58,347 nt of DNA from the NCBI GenBank assembly GCA_963754945.1, contig CAVWIG010000027.1:1-58347 (forward strand). The letters are read 5' to 3'. The stretch comes from Methanotrichaceae archaeon. GTDB taxonomy: Archaea; Halobacteriota; Methanosarcinia; Methanotrichales; Methanotrichaceae. The position numbers and the translations under genes are program-made. The notes under the pieces were generated by a model. That model was given only the letters and a program-made list of their open reading frames with translations. It ran no database searches and was not told where the DNA came from. Positions 31,187-42,798 of the stretch are shown here, in pieces (within the stretch, counting starts at the first letter, position 1; each line of letters starts with the position of its first letter).

Positions 31187-33256
31187 ATGGAAATGAAGTT
31201 CGTTCCCACCACCTGTCCGTACTGTGGAACAGGCTGCAGTTTTTATCTTGTTGTGAGGGATAACAAGGTGCTCGGGATAGAGCCGTGGCATACACCACCC
31301 ATAAATGAGGGTAAACTGTGCCAGAAGGGACGGTATGCCCACGAGTTCATCCACAGTAAGGACCGACTCACAAAGCCGCTGATAAAAAGGGACGGGATCT
31401 TCGTGCAGTCCTCCTGGGATGAGGCGTATTCGTTGATTGCGGAAAAATTCAGATCCTACAAGCCAGAGGAGTTCTGCTGCCTGGCTTCTGCCAAGGCCTC
31501 GAATGAAGACAACTACATCATGCAGAAGTTTGCCCGTGTGGTGCTGAAGACCAATAACATAGACCATTGTGCGAGGCTTTGCCACTCCTCTACGGTTTCA
31601 GCCCTTACCGAGGCGTTTGGCTCGGGAGCCATGACCAATTCAATACTGGATCTGCAGGAAGCTAGGTGCATACTCGCCATAGGAAGCAACACCTTTGAAC
31701 AGCATCCCCTGATAGCTAGGAGGCTTGTCCTGGCGAAGAAGAAGGGCGCGAAGATCATCTGTGCTGATCCGAGGTACACACCTACGGCGAAGCATGCAGA
31801 CCTCTACCTTTCCATGTACTCAGGAACAGATGTGACGTTGCTCAACGGTCTCATGCATCACATCATAGGGAACGGCTGGGAGGATAAGGACTTCATCGAA
31901 AAAAGAACGAGGAATTTTGATTCTGCAAAAGAGACGGTAATGAAGGACGACTACGATCTCAAGAACGTTTCAAGGATCACAGGCGTTCCTGAATCCGACC
32001 TGGCAACGGCTGCGGAATGGATCGCGAAATCCAAACCTTGTGCTCTAATCTATTCGATGGGAATAACACAGCACACCGTCGGTGTGGACAATGTGTTATC
32101 CGTGGCGAACCTGATGCTGCTGACGGGCAACATAGGAAAACCCGGCAGCGGAGTCAATCCCTTAAGAGGACAGAACAACGTCCAGGGTGCCAGCGATATG
32201 GGTGGTCTGCCGAATGTGTACAGCGGATACCAGAAGGTCACTGATGAAGAAGCCCGCAGCAGGATGATGAGTCTGTGGGGTGTGGAGGAGATCGCAGAGG
32301 GCAAGGATGGCCGCACATTAACGGAGATGATGGACGTCCTTGCAGATCAACCAGGCAGAATAAAATGCATGTACCTGCTCGGCGAGAACCCCATGATCTC
32401 AGACCCTGACCTCAACCACGTCAGAAAGGCAATGGAAAACATCGAGTTCATGGTATCCCAGGAGATCTTCCTTAGTGAGACCGCAGAGTTTGCGGATGTT
32501 GTCCTTCCTGCGGCCTGTTACGCCGAAAAGAATGGTACGCATACCAACACGGAGAGACGTGTGCAGAGGTGGAGAAAGGCAATCGATCCTCCGGGGGAGG
32601 CAAAGCCCGACTGGCTCATAATCTGCGAGATAGCAAGGAGGATGGGATACGAAAAACAGTTCCCCTATAAAACCGAAGAAGAGATATTCGACGAGATCGC
32701 AAAGGTCACGCCCACATATTCAGGCATGAACTACGAACGTCTAGAGCATCCTTACGCACTCCAATGGCCGTGTCCAGACACGAATCATCCAGGAACTCAA
32801 ATACTCTATACGGATAGATTCGCCACTGGTGATGGCCTAGGTGTCTTCTCGACTGTGGAGTGGAGACCTACCGCTGAGATCACGGATTACGCGTATCCTC
32901 TTATCCTCACCACTGGCAGGAGCATCTGGCATTGGCACACAGGTACAATGACCCGCAGATCCCCCACGCTTGACAACGAAGTAAAGACGGGCTGGGTGGA
33001 GATCCACCCAGAGGATGCTGAGAGGCTTGGCATAGACGACGGCGAGATGGTCAGGGTAACATCGCGCAGGGGTGAGATCGAAATTCAAGCGTTGGTGACT
33101 GAGGACATCAAAGTGGGAGAAGTCTTCATACCGTTCCACTTCAAGGAGTGTCCTGCCAACATCCTGACCAACAATGCAGTCGACAGCATCTCAAGGATTC
33201 CTGAATATAAGGCGTGCGCAGTAAAGATTGAAAAGATAAAGGGGCGAACGGGATGA
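31187..33256 (+). CDS. fdhA: formate dehydrogenase alpha subunit (Mo/W-bisMGD, Cys-type)
   Basis: CPYCGTGC..LCQKG Fe-S motif, DHCARLCHS, PLRGQNNVQGA, TNTERRVQ. Confidence 0.93.
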   Translation: MEMKFVPTTCPYCGTGCSFYLVVRDNKVLGIEPWHTPPINEGKLCQKGRYAHEFIHSKDRLTKPLIKRDGIFVQSSWDEAYSLIAEKFRSYKPEEFCCLASAKASNEDNYIMQKFARVVLKTNNIDHCARLCHSSTVSALTEAFGSGAMTNSILDLQEARCILAIGSNTFEQHPLIARRLVLAKKKGAKIICADPRYTPTAKHADLYLSMYSGTDVTLLNGLMHHIIGNGWEDKDFIEKRTRNFDSAKETVMKDDYDLKNVSRITGVPESDLATAAEWIAKSKPCALIYSMGITQHTVGVDNVLSVANLMLLTGNIGKPGSGVNPLRGQNNVQGASDMGGLPNVYSGYQKVTDEEARSRMMSLWGVEEIAEGKDGRTLTEMMDVLADQPGRIKCMYLLGENPMISDPDLNHVRKAMENIEFMVSQEIFLSETAEFADVVLPAACYAEKNGTHTNTERRVQRWRKAIDPPGEAKPDWLIICEIARRMGYEKQFPYKTEEEIFDEIAKVTPTYSGMNYERLEHPYALQWPCPDTNHPGTQILYTDRFATGDGLGVFSTVEWRPTAEITDYAYPLILTTGRSIWHWHTGTMTRRSPTLDNEVKTGWVEIHPEDAERLGIDDGEMVRVTSRRGEIEIQALVTEDIKVGEVFIPFHFKECPANILTNNAVDSISRIPEYKACAVKIEKIKGRTG

Positions 33257-34427
33257 GCGCGAAGGGCGATCTGATGTTGGCCTGGGCCGTCGATCCTCTG
33301 ATAAGAGAAAGAGGCGAATCGGGAGGAGCAGTCACAGCTCTCTTGACGTTTGCACTTGCGGAAGGCATTGTAGATGCTGTGGTCGGGGTTAAGAAAGGCG
33401 CGGACATTTACGATGCCAGGCCAGTCCTCATAACCGATCCTCACGAGGTTATGGACACGGCAGGTTCTATCCTCGGGAGCACGCTTCTGCTCTCCAAGCT
33501 TTTTGGGAAATACCTGAAGGGCTTGAAAGATTTAAAAGTAGCAGCTGCCCTCAAAGGATGCGATGTGATGGGGGTCTACGAACAGGCGAAGAGAAAGCAG
33601 CTAAATCTGGAAAATATTTTGATGATCGGCCTGAACTGTGGTGGTGCCACAACTCCAGCCACTATGAGGCGTATAATGTCCGAGGTTTTCGAGGTGGATC
33701 CAGACTCTGTGATAAAAGAATCAATGTACAAGGGACATTTGCACATCAAATATGATGGCCAAGCGAAAGATGCCTCTATTCCCAAGCTTGAAGATGCCGG
33801 TTATGGCCGAAGAAGCAATTGCAGACGTTGTAAGATGAAGATTCCCCGGCAGGCTGATCTCGCCTGCGGACAATGGGGTGTTCGGGAAGAGATGGTGGGG
33901 AAGGCCACCTTCGTCGAAGTATGCAGCCCGCGTGGAGCCGAGCTGATCAATGGGGCTCTGGATGCTGGAGTAATTGGCACGGTTGTTGCAGATGCCTCGT
34001 GCATCAAGGCCCGCAAGAGAAGGGAGGAAGCGACATTGAACCTGGCCGACGAATGGCGCAAGAAGGATTTTGCGCCATTGAGCGGCAGCAGGGAACGCCT
34101 AAAAATGATGATCGAAGAGACCTCCAGGTGCATAAAATGCTATACCTGTGTAGAGGTATGTCCAGCCCTGTTCAACAGCGTCAGCCCTATAAAACCGCAT
34201 TTCCAGGTAAGGTTCCGCCGGAGTTTGCATTCCATCTGCTACGCTATGCCCATGTTGCCGATTCTTGCATAGACTGTGGACAGTGTGAGGAACTATGCCC
34301 CATGGATATTCCAAATGCGCTGTTCATGCATGCGATCGAAGCCGACCTTGAAGAGCTGTACGGTTATCATGCAGGTGAGGACATGTCGCTGCCCGCGATG
34401 GCAATCATGGATGAACCGGATGGTTAG
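33253..34427 (+). pseudogene. fdhB: F420-reducing formate dehydrogenase beta subunit (FrhB family), frameshifted near 34180
   Basis: GESGGAVT, KGCD, IGLNCGG, GRRSNCRRC, CIKCYTC in one frame; PGKVPPEFAFHL..HVADSCIDCGQCEELCP in another frame. Confidence 0.85.
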
Positions 34428-34497
34428 AGCATAGTTGGAGCATAATAGTGATAAGCGTATGAACAAATGACTTAAACTCTGCCGATTAACAGCATAT

Positions 34498-34555
34498 GGC
34501 GCGATGATGACAAGGCCTGTCTGATCCGTGATGAGGATATTGAGTTCTGAGCGCC
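34498..34555 (+). ncRNA. archaeal C/D-box sRNA (2'-O-methylation guide)
   Basis: GGCGC stem, C ATGATGA (34504-10), 10-nt guide, D' CTGA, C' GTGATGA, 12-nt guide, D CTGA (34547-50), GCGCC; TTAAA box ~25 nt upstream. Confidence 0.9.
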
Positions 34556-34825
34556 GTTGTTCATTCGGTCACCTCATCAGATCAACATCTATTGCCATCG
34601 AGATATATGGAACCGAACCTGAACTCATTAAGTCGGTACGGTATTAAGTCATGCGAGTTTTGTCAAGCTCATCAAACTTACTTATCCTAAAATTCTTCCG
34701 CTGGTAGAGCACCCTGGGTAAAATGGCTTTCCGGCTTTGGAGAAGCTGTAAAAAAGAAAAGAGGTTCTTGCGAACCTAAATCATCCGGAGTGAAAAATGG
34801 TATTCTGAGAGATATCCTCTCTAAC

Positions 34826-35374
34826 CTAAGCGCTCTTCACTACGTTGATGCTCTTAAGCAGGTTCATGGTTACGTCTTGTGGATAGGTCGAAGATATGAA
34901 GACGCTCGTCGTGCCCACAGAAACTGCACCGCACTCGCATTGCTTGCTATCAAGCCAGTATTGGGCATGATAGAGCTTGAATCCAGCAGGGACGTTTGAA
35001 CTGGAGAAAGGAGCACCAGAGATCATGAAGCCATTCTTGCCATTAATGGTCTGGTTCATCATAGTTGTGGCATTGATACCACTTGCTCTCATACTCCACA
35101 AGTCAAGGGCTCCTTGCATTTGTAGCGTCGAGTCCACTGGGTTTTTGTACTCTGTTATGGCTATTGAAGCGCCGGTTGAATTATCTGTTTTTATTTCCAG
35201 GAGGTAGCCAGTAGCCATAGAATTTCCTTGCGTATTCGGTGTCAGAATCTGGTACTTCGTGTTCGTGTTCATGTCAAACGATACCTTGTACGGTCCAACC
35301 TGATGAGTCTCTGGGGCTGCTAGTGCCACAGATGAGAGCATCAGCGCTAATACTGCTGCTAGCAATAATTTCAC
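34826..35374 (-). CDS. secreted hypothetical protein
   Basis: Signal peptide MKLLLAAVLALMLSSVALA, CEC motif. Confidence 0.75.
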   Translation of the reverse strand: MKLLLAAVLALMLSSVALAAPETHQVGPYKVSFDMNTNTKYQILTPNTQGNSMATGYLLEIKTDNSTGASIAITEYKNPVDSTLQMQGALDLWSMRASGINATTMMNQTINGKNGFMISGAPFSSSNVPAGFKLYHAQYWLDSKQCECGAVSVGTTSVFISSTYPQDVTMNLLKSINVVKSA

Positions 35375-35495
35375 TGAATTTTCACCACGTCAATTAACGT
35401 AAGTCATCCTAGAAAAGGCTTGCTCTGATATAGATCTCGTATTATCCTTTCGTGAGCGCCAATCTCAAGTATAACCCTCACAAGCCAAGCCTATT

Positions 35496-35915
35496 ATGGA
35501 CCCAGGAATCTATACTCTCGTGCTTTCGCTTGGCCGGGCTCAAGAGATAGAAGTCGGTTCCCTGGGCATTGTTCAATTTGTTGAAGGCTACTACTCCTAT
35601 ACAGGTTCGGCCAGAGGTCCAGGCGGCCTAAAACGGTTGGAACGGCACAAGAGAGTATTACTGGGTGCCAGTTCGGTCCGGCGGTGGCATATAGATTACC
35701 TTCTGCCTTACACTTCCCTGGTGGATGCTGTGGTCACCCGCACGTCCGCTGACCTTGAGTGCCGGATAGCCAGAAGAATAGGATCTGAGCTAAAGGTGGT
35801 CCCCCATTTTGGATCCACCGACTGTCGATGCCCCGGCCACCTTCATTTTTCCATAAGCCTGGAGCAAATCCAAGACGTCGTTCGCAGAGCCCACCGATAT
35901 CATGAAACCGAATAG
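35496..35915 (+). CDS. GIY-YIG/Uri-superfamily (DUF123) protein
   Basis: GIY.L, Y.YTGSA, RH, WHIDYLL, FGSTDCRCPGHL. Confidence 0.88.
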   Translation: MDPGIYTLVLSLGRAQEIEVGSLGIVQFVEGYYSYTGSARGPGGLKRLERHKRVLLGASSVRRWHIDYLLPYTSLVDAVVTRTSADLECRIARRIGSELKVVPHFGSTDCRCPGHLHFSISLEQIQDVVRRAHRYHETE

Positions 35916-36158
35916 GGAAAATCGGGTTACAAAATCGTGGCGAATAGAACGGCCAAGGATCAAGTCCATTAATATAGAAACCTGAAATCATCTATAAGAA
36001 TTTGATTATGCTGGGCCGCAAAGCATTCATCCATCCGAAACGCATTTATACAGAGAAAACAATAAAAAAATATCAGAAGGGAATTAGAGCATATCATCGG
36101 CATCGTTTAGAAGGGACGTTGCCCATCAAGGGATTTTGAGGGATTAGAAGGGAGTAGA

Positions 36159-39100
36159 ATGAAGGGATGGCCCAACAGGCGTAGGCTACTCTGGGGTAGA
36201 AGTAGTCTCTTGAAGGGATTAGCTCTGCCTGCAGCTCTGCTGTTGGTTATCACTGTGGCAGCCGGATTCTATTTTGTCATTCCCCTCTTCTCCGGGTCCC
36301 AAAATCACAGCCATGAAGTCGCTTCTGGTGCATCAGGTCCCTTCCAGGACGAGAGCGCCCAAGACCATCTCTCTCCCAGCCAAAATACTTCAAACCAGAG
36401 TTCCTATCGCGACGTCCTCAAGATTGCCTCAGTGCGGCCTGCACTATCAGCTCTGATAAATACATCTTCCAGTTCGGGTCAGCCGGTGACCTATGCTGAG
36501 CTGGTGAATACAGGCCAGGATACCCTCAGGCAGGTTAAGATAGCAGACGAAGGCGGCAAATTAATCGGAGTCCTTCCCCAGCTTGCCCCAGGAGAAAGAA
36601 AGACCCTGGCCCTAAGTGGGGACGTGGAAAAGGCCAATGTCACGGCCATTGATTCATCCAACGGTCTTGTTGTGGCTACGATCCAATATGCAAAACCCGC
36701 TCAGTCACCTGCCACGTCCGGCTTCGGGCTATACATAGGCGGTGGCTCTAGCGTCAGCGAAAACTCAAACCCAGAGCCGGTTGTTACCCAAGGACCAGTA
36801 ACCGATGAAAGCAGCTCAAAAACAGAAGCTGCCAGCAATCAAGCAAATAGCCCTCAAAGAAATGCCTCTCAGATAAATCGCCAAAAAATTAACGTCTCTC
36901 AGACAAATATCTCTCAGACTAACTTAACACAAATAGCTTCGACGAAGATGGACAAGAACATTAGCGATAATAACTACAGCTAATTAATAATAATACAGAT
37001 AATAAAATCGATAATAATAACCGAGAAATAATACTCAGTTCTGAACCGAAGTTCAACCTCACCATCAGAACCAACCAATCGGAAGGCCATAAGGGCGATT
37101 CCATTTCATACGAATGCACAGCGTTGAACTCGGGAAAAGAGGATCTTTCCAACCTGGAGATGGTGTGCGGAGATAAGAGGACATCCACTACCTATTTGAC
37201 TCCAGGAAAGGAGATTCAAATCGATGGAGCTTTCACCCTCAATGACAACGCCTTGTTGAACGCCACTGTGAAAGGCAACGACACCCAAGGAAATGTCTGG
37301 AAGGCGAATGCTACAGCCCGGGTTTGGATGATATCTCCCGATCTGAAGCTCAGAGCGCAAGTACTCCCGGACAGTGTGCACCGAGGTGACCAGATCTCCT
37401 TATCCGTCGAGGTGGAGAACGCTGGAAAAAGTCGCCTATCCAATATAACCGTATCCGACTCCCTCGGCGGAATCGGCCTGATTCCCATTCTAGACCCCGG
37501 AAAGTCGGCTGCACTTCAGAAGAACATAACGGCCAGAGAAAGCCTTCTCGACCAAATTGCCGTTACGGCTAACCAGCCGAACGGCCAAAAAGTGTACGAA
37601 TCCGCGAAGGTCCAGATAAAGGTCTTGGGCTCCGGCTTGAACCTGACAGCGATGCCAAAGGAGGCGGTGGTGTATCCGGGCCTGCCCGTGGATGCAACAT
37701 GGGTCCTTAACAACACCGGTGAGGAGATCCTGAAAAACATAACCCTAAACGGGGGCGACTCTCAGTACAGGCTGAAGGAGATCGCGCCCGGAAACTCCAT
37801 CCGTATGTCCACTATATATGTCCTCAACAAGTCCGCCAGAATCAATGTTACAGCCAAAGGCCACGATTCCAGAGGCTATACTGTCCAGGATAGAGGAAGC
37901 ATCCACATCAGGGTAATCTCTCCGGGCATAAGCCTGAAGGTTACGCCTTCAGATGTGGAAGCTTTTGTCGGGGAAGGCGTCAATCTCACCTGCCTGGTTA
38001 CGAACACCGGCAACGATGCCCTGACCAACGTCGTCCTGACCGAGAATAGCGACACTCTGGACATGATAGAGGGTCTGGCTCCAGGCGAGTTCCACGTATT
38101 CTCACCAAACATGAAGATAGCATCTAACTCTACTCTTGATTTCAGCGTGCAAGGGACGGATTCCCTGGGTCGGACCTGGTCAGACTCGTCCAAAGCCAGG
38201 GCAAGCCTGGTTACGTCGTCCGTCAAGATATCCGTGAGAGCTCCTGAATCTGTTAAATCAGGTGACGTCGCTAGGATCACGTGCACCCTGGATAACCCTG
38301 GAAGTGTTCCACTTTACAACATCCTTGCAAACAGCAAGACATTCGGCCCTCTGGGGCTGGTCGATTATCTTGCACCCAAACAACAGAAGACCCTCACAGC
38401 AGACGAGCCGGTGAATGAAGAGATAAAGGACGTGATCAAAGCGGAAGGCGTCACCTCTGCCAAGTTGCCGGTTACAGACAGTTGCAATCTTCATATAGCG
38501 GTTGTGGGCCAGTCCACTGCTGCCTCTGGACAACAGAAGCCAACGGCTGATAGGGAAGTCGGATCAACGCTGGAAAGCAAGAACGATTTTAAGCAGAATT
38601 CTGTGGCAGGTTTGAATTCTGGGGGAACAGCATCGGAACCAATATCAGTCGGAAAAAAGAGCAGTGAATTGAATCTGAAGACACAACAAGCAACTTCAGA
38701 AGCGTTCGCAAGCCCTCCCGCCAAGAAATCCATGTCGAAAAATAGTTCAGTTCAGGTCACCGACATTTCTTCGGCCAAAAAAGGAAATGATGTCGTTGAT
38801 GAGATATCGGGACTGGTCCAGTACATAAAGAAAATATTAGAGCGCATGGGTCACAGAACGGAAGCCGTCTCCAGCGCTGAGAACCCTTCAGCTACAGAGA
38901 GCGGGAATGATATAAGGGCTTCCAAGAACTACGAACTCGCCATCGAGAGCGCCAAAGGCTCGGACCACGGTAGGATTAAGGTCATGGACGTGAGCGCCTC
39001 TCCAACCAACCCGTCCGCGGGAACTCCTGTAAAGATAACAGTCCACATCCAGAGCGAAACCGGGATAGAATCGGCCTCGGTGAAGTTTGGAGTAAAAGAC

Positions 39101-39853
39101 ACTCCTATAACAAAGACGCAGATGCTATCGGTGAATAGGATATACACCATACCTATGGCTCTCGAAAGCGGGGATGCCAAGAACGGCTACTGGTCGTGCT
39201 CCTTGCCCGGCCGGGCAGCAGGGACCTACATGGTCCTGTCGGTAGCCCTTAAAGACGATGCCGAAGCGGTGGACGACGGGCCTTACATGATCCACTGGTC
39301 CGGAGTCAATCAGCAGGACTCCATATCCGGCGTCGTGACTGGTCAGGCTTCCCCGGATCTAGGGAAGCTATACATCGAGTCTTCGGTAGTAAGAGGAACG
39401 GGAGAGATCTCCGTCAAAGATGACTTTAATGACAATGCAATGGGCTACAACGACTGGATGAAGGGGAGCGGGTCTATAAACATGGAGTCCCAGCGCAGCA
39501 TTGACAAGAACCGCCCTATGGTGAACTTCACCCAGAGAAGCGATCTGGTCTTCGAGGGACAACTTAAGGGCGAGAAGAGCCTGGAATCTCCTGCATTTTA
39601 CGGTGGCATTGGTGCAAGCGTCACAGAGAGGTTCAACCTGAGCCACGTGGACAAGAGCGAGACAGACATGATCAGATCCATCAACAGTTCGGATAACACT
39701 CTGGCCTTCAATGCAGATCAGGCCTTCAACGGTACCTGGAACATAAAGACCCAGTACGCCCAGATGTTCAAGAAGATGAAGGGGGACCAGCAGTACTCTG
39801 GCTCCTTCCAGACCCAGAAGAATATCAAGTTCCAGGATTTGGGGAAAAATTAA
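36159..39853 (+). pseudogene. large secreted multi-Ig/CARDB-like surface protein split by one frameshift at ~36974-36980
   Basis: ORF1 (36159-36983) has the signal anchor; the ORF2 frame is open from 36974 (before ORF1 stop) to 39853; repeated V.N.G...L.NI.V modules. Confidence 0.7.
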
Positions 39854-39929
39854 GCTGAAATGGCACTAAGGCACTGAAGTTGATGCTGATTTGGGCGTAT
39901 GGTTATGTCGAAAATAATCGGGCCGAAGA

Positions 39930-40286
39930 TCAGGATCTTCCGGCCTGGACAGCTTTTTTCCAGATCTCGTCTGAACCATCAATGGCTTCTATCTGGGCCC
40001 GGATGTCCAGTCTGCGCTTGATCTCTCCGGCCCTAATAGTATTCTCGACCGACATTCTCAGCATCTCTTTGCTCTCGTCCAGGAGACGCTCGGCCTCCAG
40101 CCAGATCAGCTCTGCGTCTTCTGGATCCGATTGCCTTGTATCAATCGACTCTCTGCGCAGCTCCTCAATCTTCTGTTGGGCCGCATCGTACTCGGCTCTA
40201 AGCTTGGAAGCCTCAACATGTAGGCTTTCTATCTCCTGTCGCATATCCTCAAGGCTTTTGGTAACCAATCCCTCATCGGAGAACAT
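39930..40286 (-). CDS. coiled-coil hypothetical protein
   Basis: 118-aa E/R-rich helical ORF starting 1 nt after pdxT stop. Confidence 0.7.
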   Translation of the reverse strand: MFSDEGLVTKSLEDMRQEIESLHVEASKLRAEYDAAQQKIEELRRESIDTRQSDPEDAELIWLEAERLLDESKEMLRMSVENTIRAGEIKRRLDIRAQIEAIDGSDEIWKKAVQAGRS

Positions 40287-40287
40287 A

Positions 40288-40878
40288 TCACTTCACTCCT
40301 ACAGTTTCCAGGAACAACTGATGGAACCTCAAATCTTCGGTCAGCTCTGGGTGGAATGCCAGGCAAAGCACATTCTTCTGCCGGGCAGCCACAGCGTTTT
40401 CTTCCACCCTTGCCAGGACTTGAACGCCTTTTCCGACGCTCACTATTGCGGGAGCCCTGATGAAGACTGCCCGGAAGGGCCGGTCGAACCCCTCAACATC
40501 TAGGTCAGCCTCAAAGGACTCTCTCTGGGAGCCGAAGACATTTCTGCCGATGGTCGAGTCCATCAGCCCTAGAGGATGGACCTTAGAGTCTCCCTGGATT
40601 ACTCGGGAGACCAGCACCAATCCAGCACATGTGGCGAGCACAGGAATCCCGGATGCTGCGGCCCTCTTTATCTCCTGGTCGATCCCGGCATTGGCCAGCT
40701 GGCGGGATAGGGTTGTGCTCTCGCCCCCCGGAAGCACCAGCCCGTCGCAATCAGGGACGATACCGGCTCGCCTTACCTGGACTACAGATCCCCGGCCGCA
40801 CAGGGCCTTTTCCATGGCAGCAACGTGCTCGGAGACGTCCCCTTGAAGGGCAATGACTCCTATTTTAAACTCTACCAT
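40288..40878 (-). CDS. pdxT: PLP synthase glutaminase subunit
   Basis: [30 protein letters not shown]. Confidence 0.96.
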   Translation of the reverse strand: MVEFKIGVIALQGDVSEHVAAMEKALCGRGSVVQVRRAGIVPDCDGLVLPGGESTTLSRQLANAGIDQEIKRAAASGIPVLATCAGLVLVSRVIQGDSKVHPLGLMDSTIGRNVFGSQRESFEADLDVEGFDRPFRAVFIRAPAIVSVGKGVQVLARVEENAVAARQKNVLCLAFHPELTEDLRFHQLFLETVGVK

Positions 40879-41765
40879 CCCCTGGTCTGGAGAATCTCGC
40901 CCTCAGGTATAGTGCTCGCGTCCAGCCCTTTCATAGCTGCACCAAGGCCCTTTGACACCTGGGCCAAAAGCTGGGGGTTGTCGAAGTTGTGCACCGCCTG
41001 GACTATGGCCGATGCCATGGCCTGGGGATTCTCAGACTTGAAGATCCCCGAGCCCACGAAAACGCCATCAGCTCCTAGCTGCATCATCAGTGCCGCATCT
41101 GCTGGTGTGGCCACGCCGCCAGCAGCGAAGTTCACTACGGGCAACCTTTGCAGCCTTGCGCACTCCGTCACAAGATCACAGTTAGCCTCAATGTCCCTGG
41201 CCACCTTCATGAGCTGCTGTTCATCCATGCCTTTCAGGCTTCTTATCTGGCCCAAGATCAGCCTCATGTGCAAAACGGCCTGGCTCACATCGCCCGTGCC
41301 TGCCTCGCCCTTGGTCCTGATCATGGCCGCTCCCTCCGCTATTCGCCGGAGGGCCTCGCCAAGATTCCTGGCTCCGCAGACGAAGGGTATAGTGAACTTG
41401 GTCTTGTCTATGTGGAACTGGTCAGCCGGCGTCAATACTTCCGACTCGTCCACCATGTCCACGCCTAGAGCTTCCAGGATCTGGGCCTCCACGAAGTGTC
41501 CGATTCTGGCCTTTGCCATGACCGGTATGGTTACAGCCTTTATGATCTCCTCAATTATGACCGGATCGGCCATCCTGGCCACTCCGCCCATCTTTCTTAT
41601 GTCAGCGGGAACAGCGTGAAGCGCCATCACAGCCACCGCTCCAGCCTCCTCGGCTATGATCGCCTGCTCGGCGGTGGTGACGTCCATGATGACACCGCCC
41701 TTCTGCATCTTTGCAAAACCGCGTTTAAGCAGCTCCGTGCCAAATCTGAGATTTTCAAGCTCCAT
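40872..41765 (-). CDS. pdxS: PLP synthase lyase subunit
   Basis: [49 protein letters not shown]. Confidence 0.97.
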   Translation of the reverse strand: MELENLRFGTELLKRGFAKMQKGGVIMDVTTAEQAIIAEEAGAVAVMALHAVPADIRKMGGVARMADPVIIEEIIKAVTIPVMAKARIGHFVEAQILEALGVDMVDESEVLTPADQFHIDKTKFTIPFVCGARNLGEALRRIAEGAAMIRTKGEAGTGDVSQAVLHMRLILGQIRSLKGMDEQQLMKVARDIEANCDLVTECARLQRLPVVNFAAGGVATPADAALMMQLGADGVFVGSGIFKSENPQAMASAIVQAVHNFDNPQLLAQVSKGLGAAMKGLDASTIPEGEILQTRGW

Positions 41766-41905
41766 GAATAGCCCCAATGTTCTTAAGTGCCCTCCTAATG
41801 TGTTCGGCTTTAATAAACTTTGCCTAGCGGCAGCTCGATATCATCACGAAATTTTTAGACAAAAAAGACAAAAGATGATGAGACGGCCGTATGCCGCCTC
41901 GTCCT

Positions 41906-42146
41906 CTAAGACACATAGTTCTCGTAGATGTAGATGTCCTTGTTCTCGCCCAAACTGTCCCGTCCAGACGATCTTTCCAGCCCCGATCCGAGGTTCGGTC
42001 TGATCGCCCGCTGCTTTGCAGATGATCTTCTCTTTGTTCGTGTTGAGATCATAGGCGCATATATCCCAGTTGCCGTTGCGCTTTATCCTGCCAGACGATC
42101 ACTCCGTTCTCCACGTCCGGATTGGTGCGTTCTGCAGGACCCTCGG
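41906..42146 (-). pseudogene. degenerate 3' fragment of a beta-propeller repeat surface-protein gene
   Basis: Close match to 49812-50050 including the YIYENYVS-stop end, with extra bases (ctgtcccgtcc, cgctttatcc) breaking the frame. Confidence 0.85.
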
Positions 42147-42334
42147 ATCCAGAGTTTTTCCGGCTTTGGGTGACACTCCAGGCAGCTTTTTAAGCATTGA
42201 AGACTGTAAGTTTGGAGTATGGATTGCAATCCGCGCTACGCGATCACCTCATCGAGTAGCAGGTGTATTCACAATTGATCGCCTTCAATAAATTCTGTGT
42301 TATCGAACACCAACCATAAAAGGAGATAACATAC

Positions 42335-42748
42335 ATGATGAGATTTGATGGCTTACTCGAAGAAGCTGTTTCAGGCTATGAAGGAAAGTTCAGCGACCTC
42401 ATCCATGAGGCTCCTGCATTTTACAGGCTGATGGTGCGGCTGGTTGATGATCCAAATCTTCCAAAAGATTTATCCCCGCTAGTGATTGCAGCAATAGCAT
42501 ACTTCATTATTCCCGAGGAGAAAGACGCCATTCCCGAACAGGGTCCCCTCGGCTACGTTGACGATATCTTTTTGTGTGCCTTTGTCGCGGACCGCGTGAT
42601 GAATGAGTCTGGATCGAAAGATATACTGATCAGGAATTGGGTCGGTGAAAGGGCTATTGTTCCTTTAGTAAAGGAGATCCTCGATCGTGAAAAAGAACTG
42701 ATTGGGGACAAGAGGAGCCTAATAATGAAGTACGTCGAAGAGGAGTAG
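42335..42748 (+). CDS. DUF1232/YkvA-family protein
   Basis: AAIAYFIIP..DAIPE..GPLGYVDD motif; AGGAG RBS. Confidence 0.85.
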   Translation: MMRFDGLLEEAVSGYEGKFSDLIHEAPAFYRLMVRLVDDPNLPKDLSPLVIAAIAYFIIPEEKDAIPEQGPLGYVDDIFLCAFVADRVMNESGSKDILIRNWVGERAIVPLVKEILDREKELIGDKRSLIMKYVEEE

Positions 42749-42798
42749 CCTGATTAGCAGGTTAGCTTACCTTTAGATCATCGCGATCGAATCTTGAG

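Noticed and set aside
31187-33256. Selenocysteine or pyrrolysine recoding in fdhA
   Set aside because: The active-site residue is an ordinary Cys codon (CARLCH) and the frame has no internal stop
41906-42146. Possible DGR template repeat for the C-terminus of 49812-53474
   Set aside because: Mismatches are not adenine-specific, are mostly synonymous and include indels; no reverse transcriptase in the window
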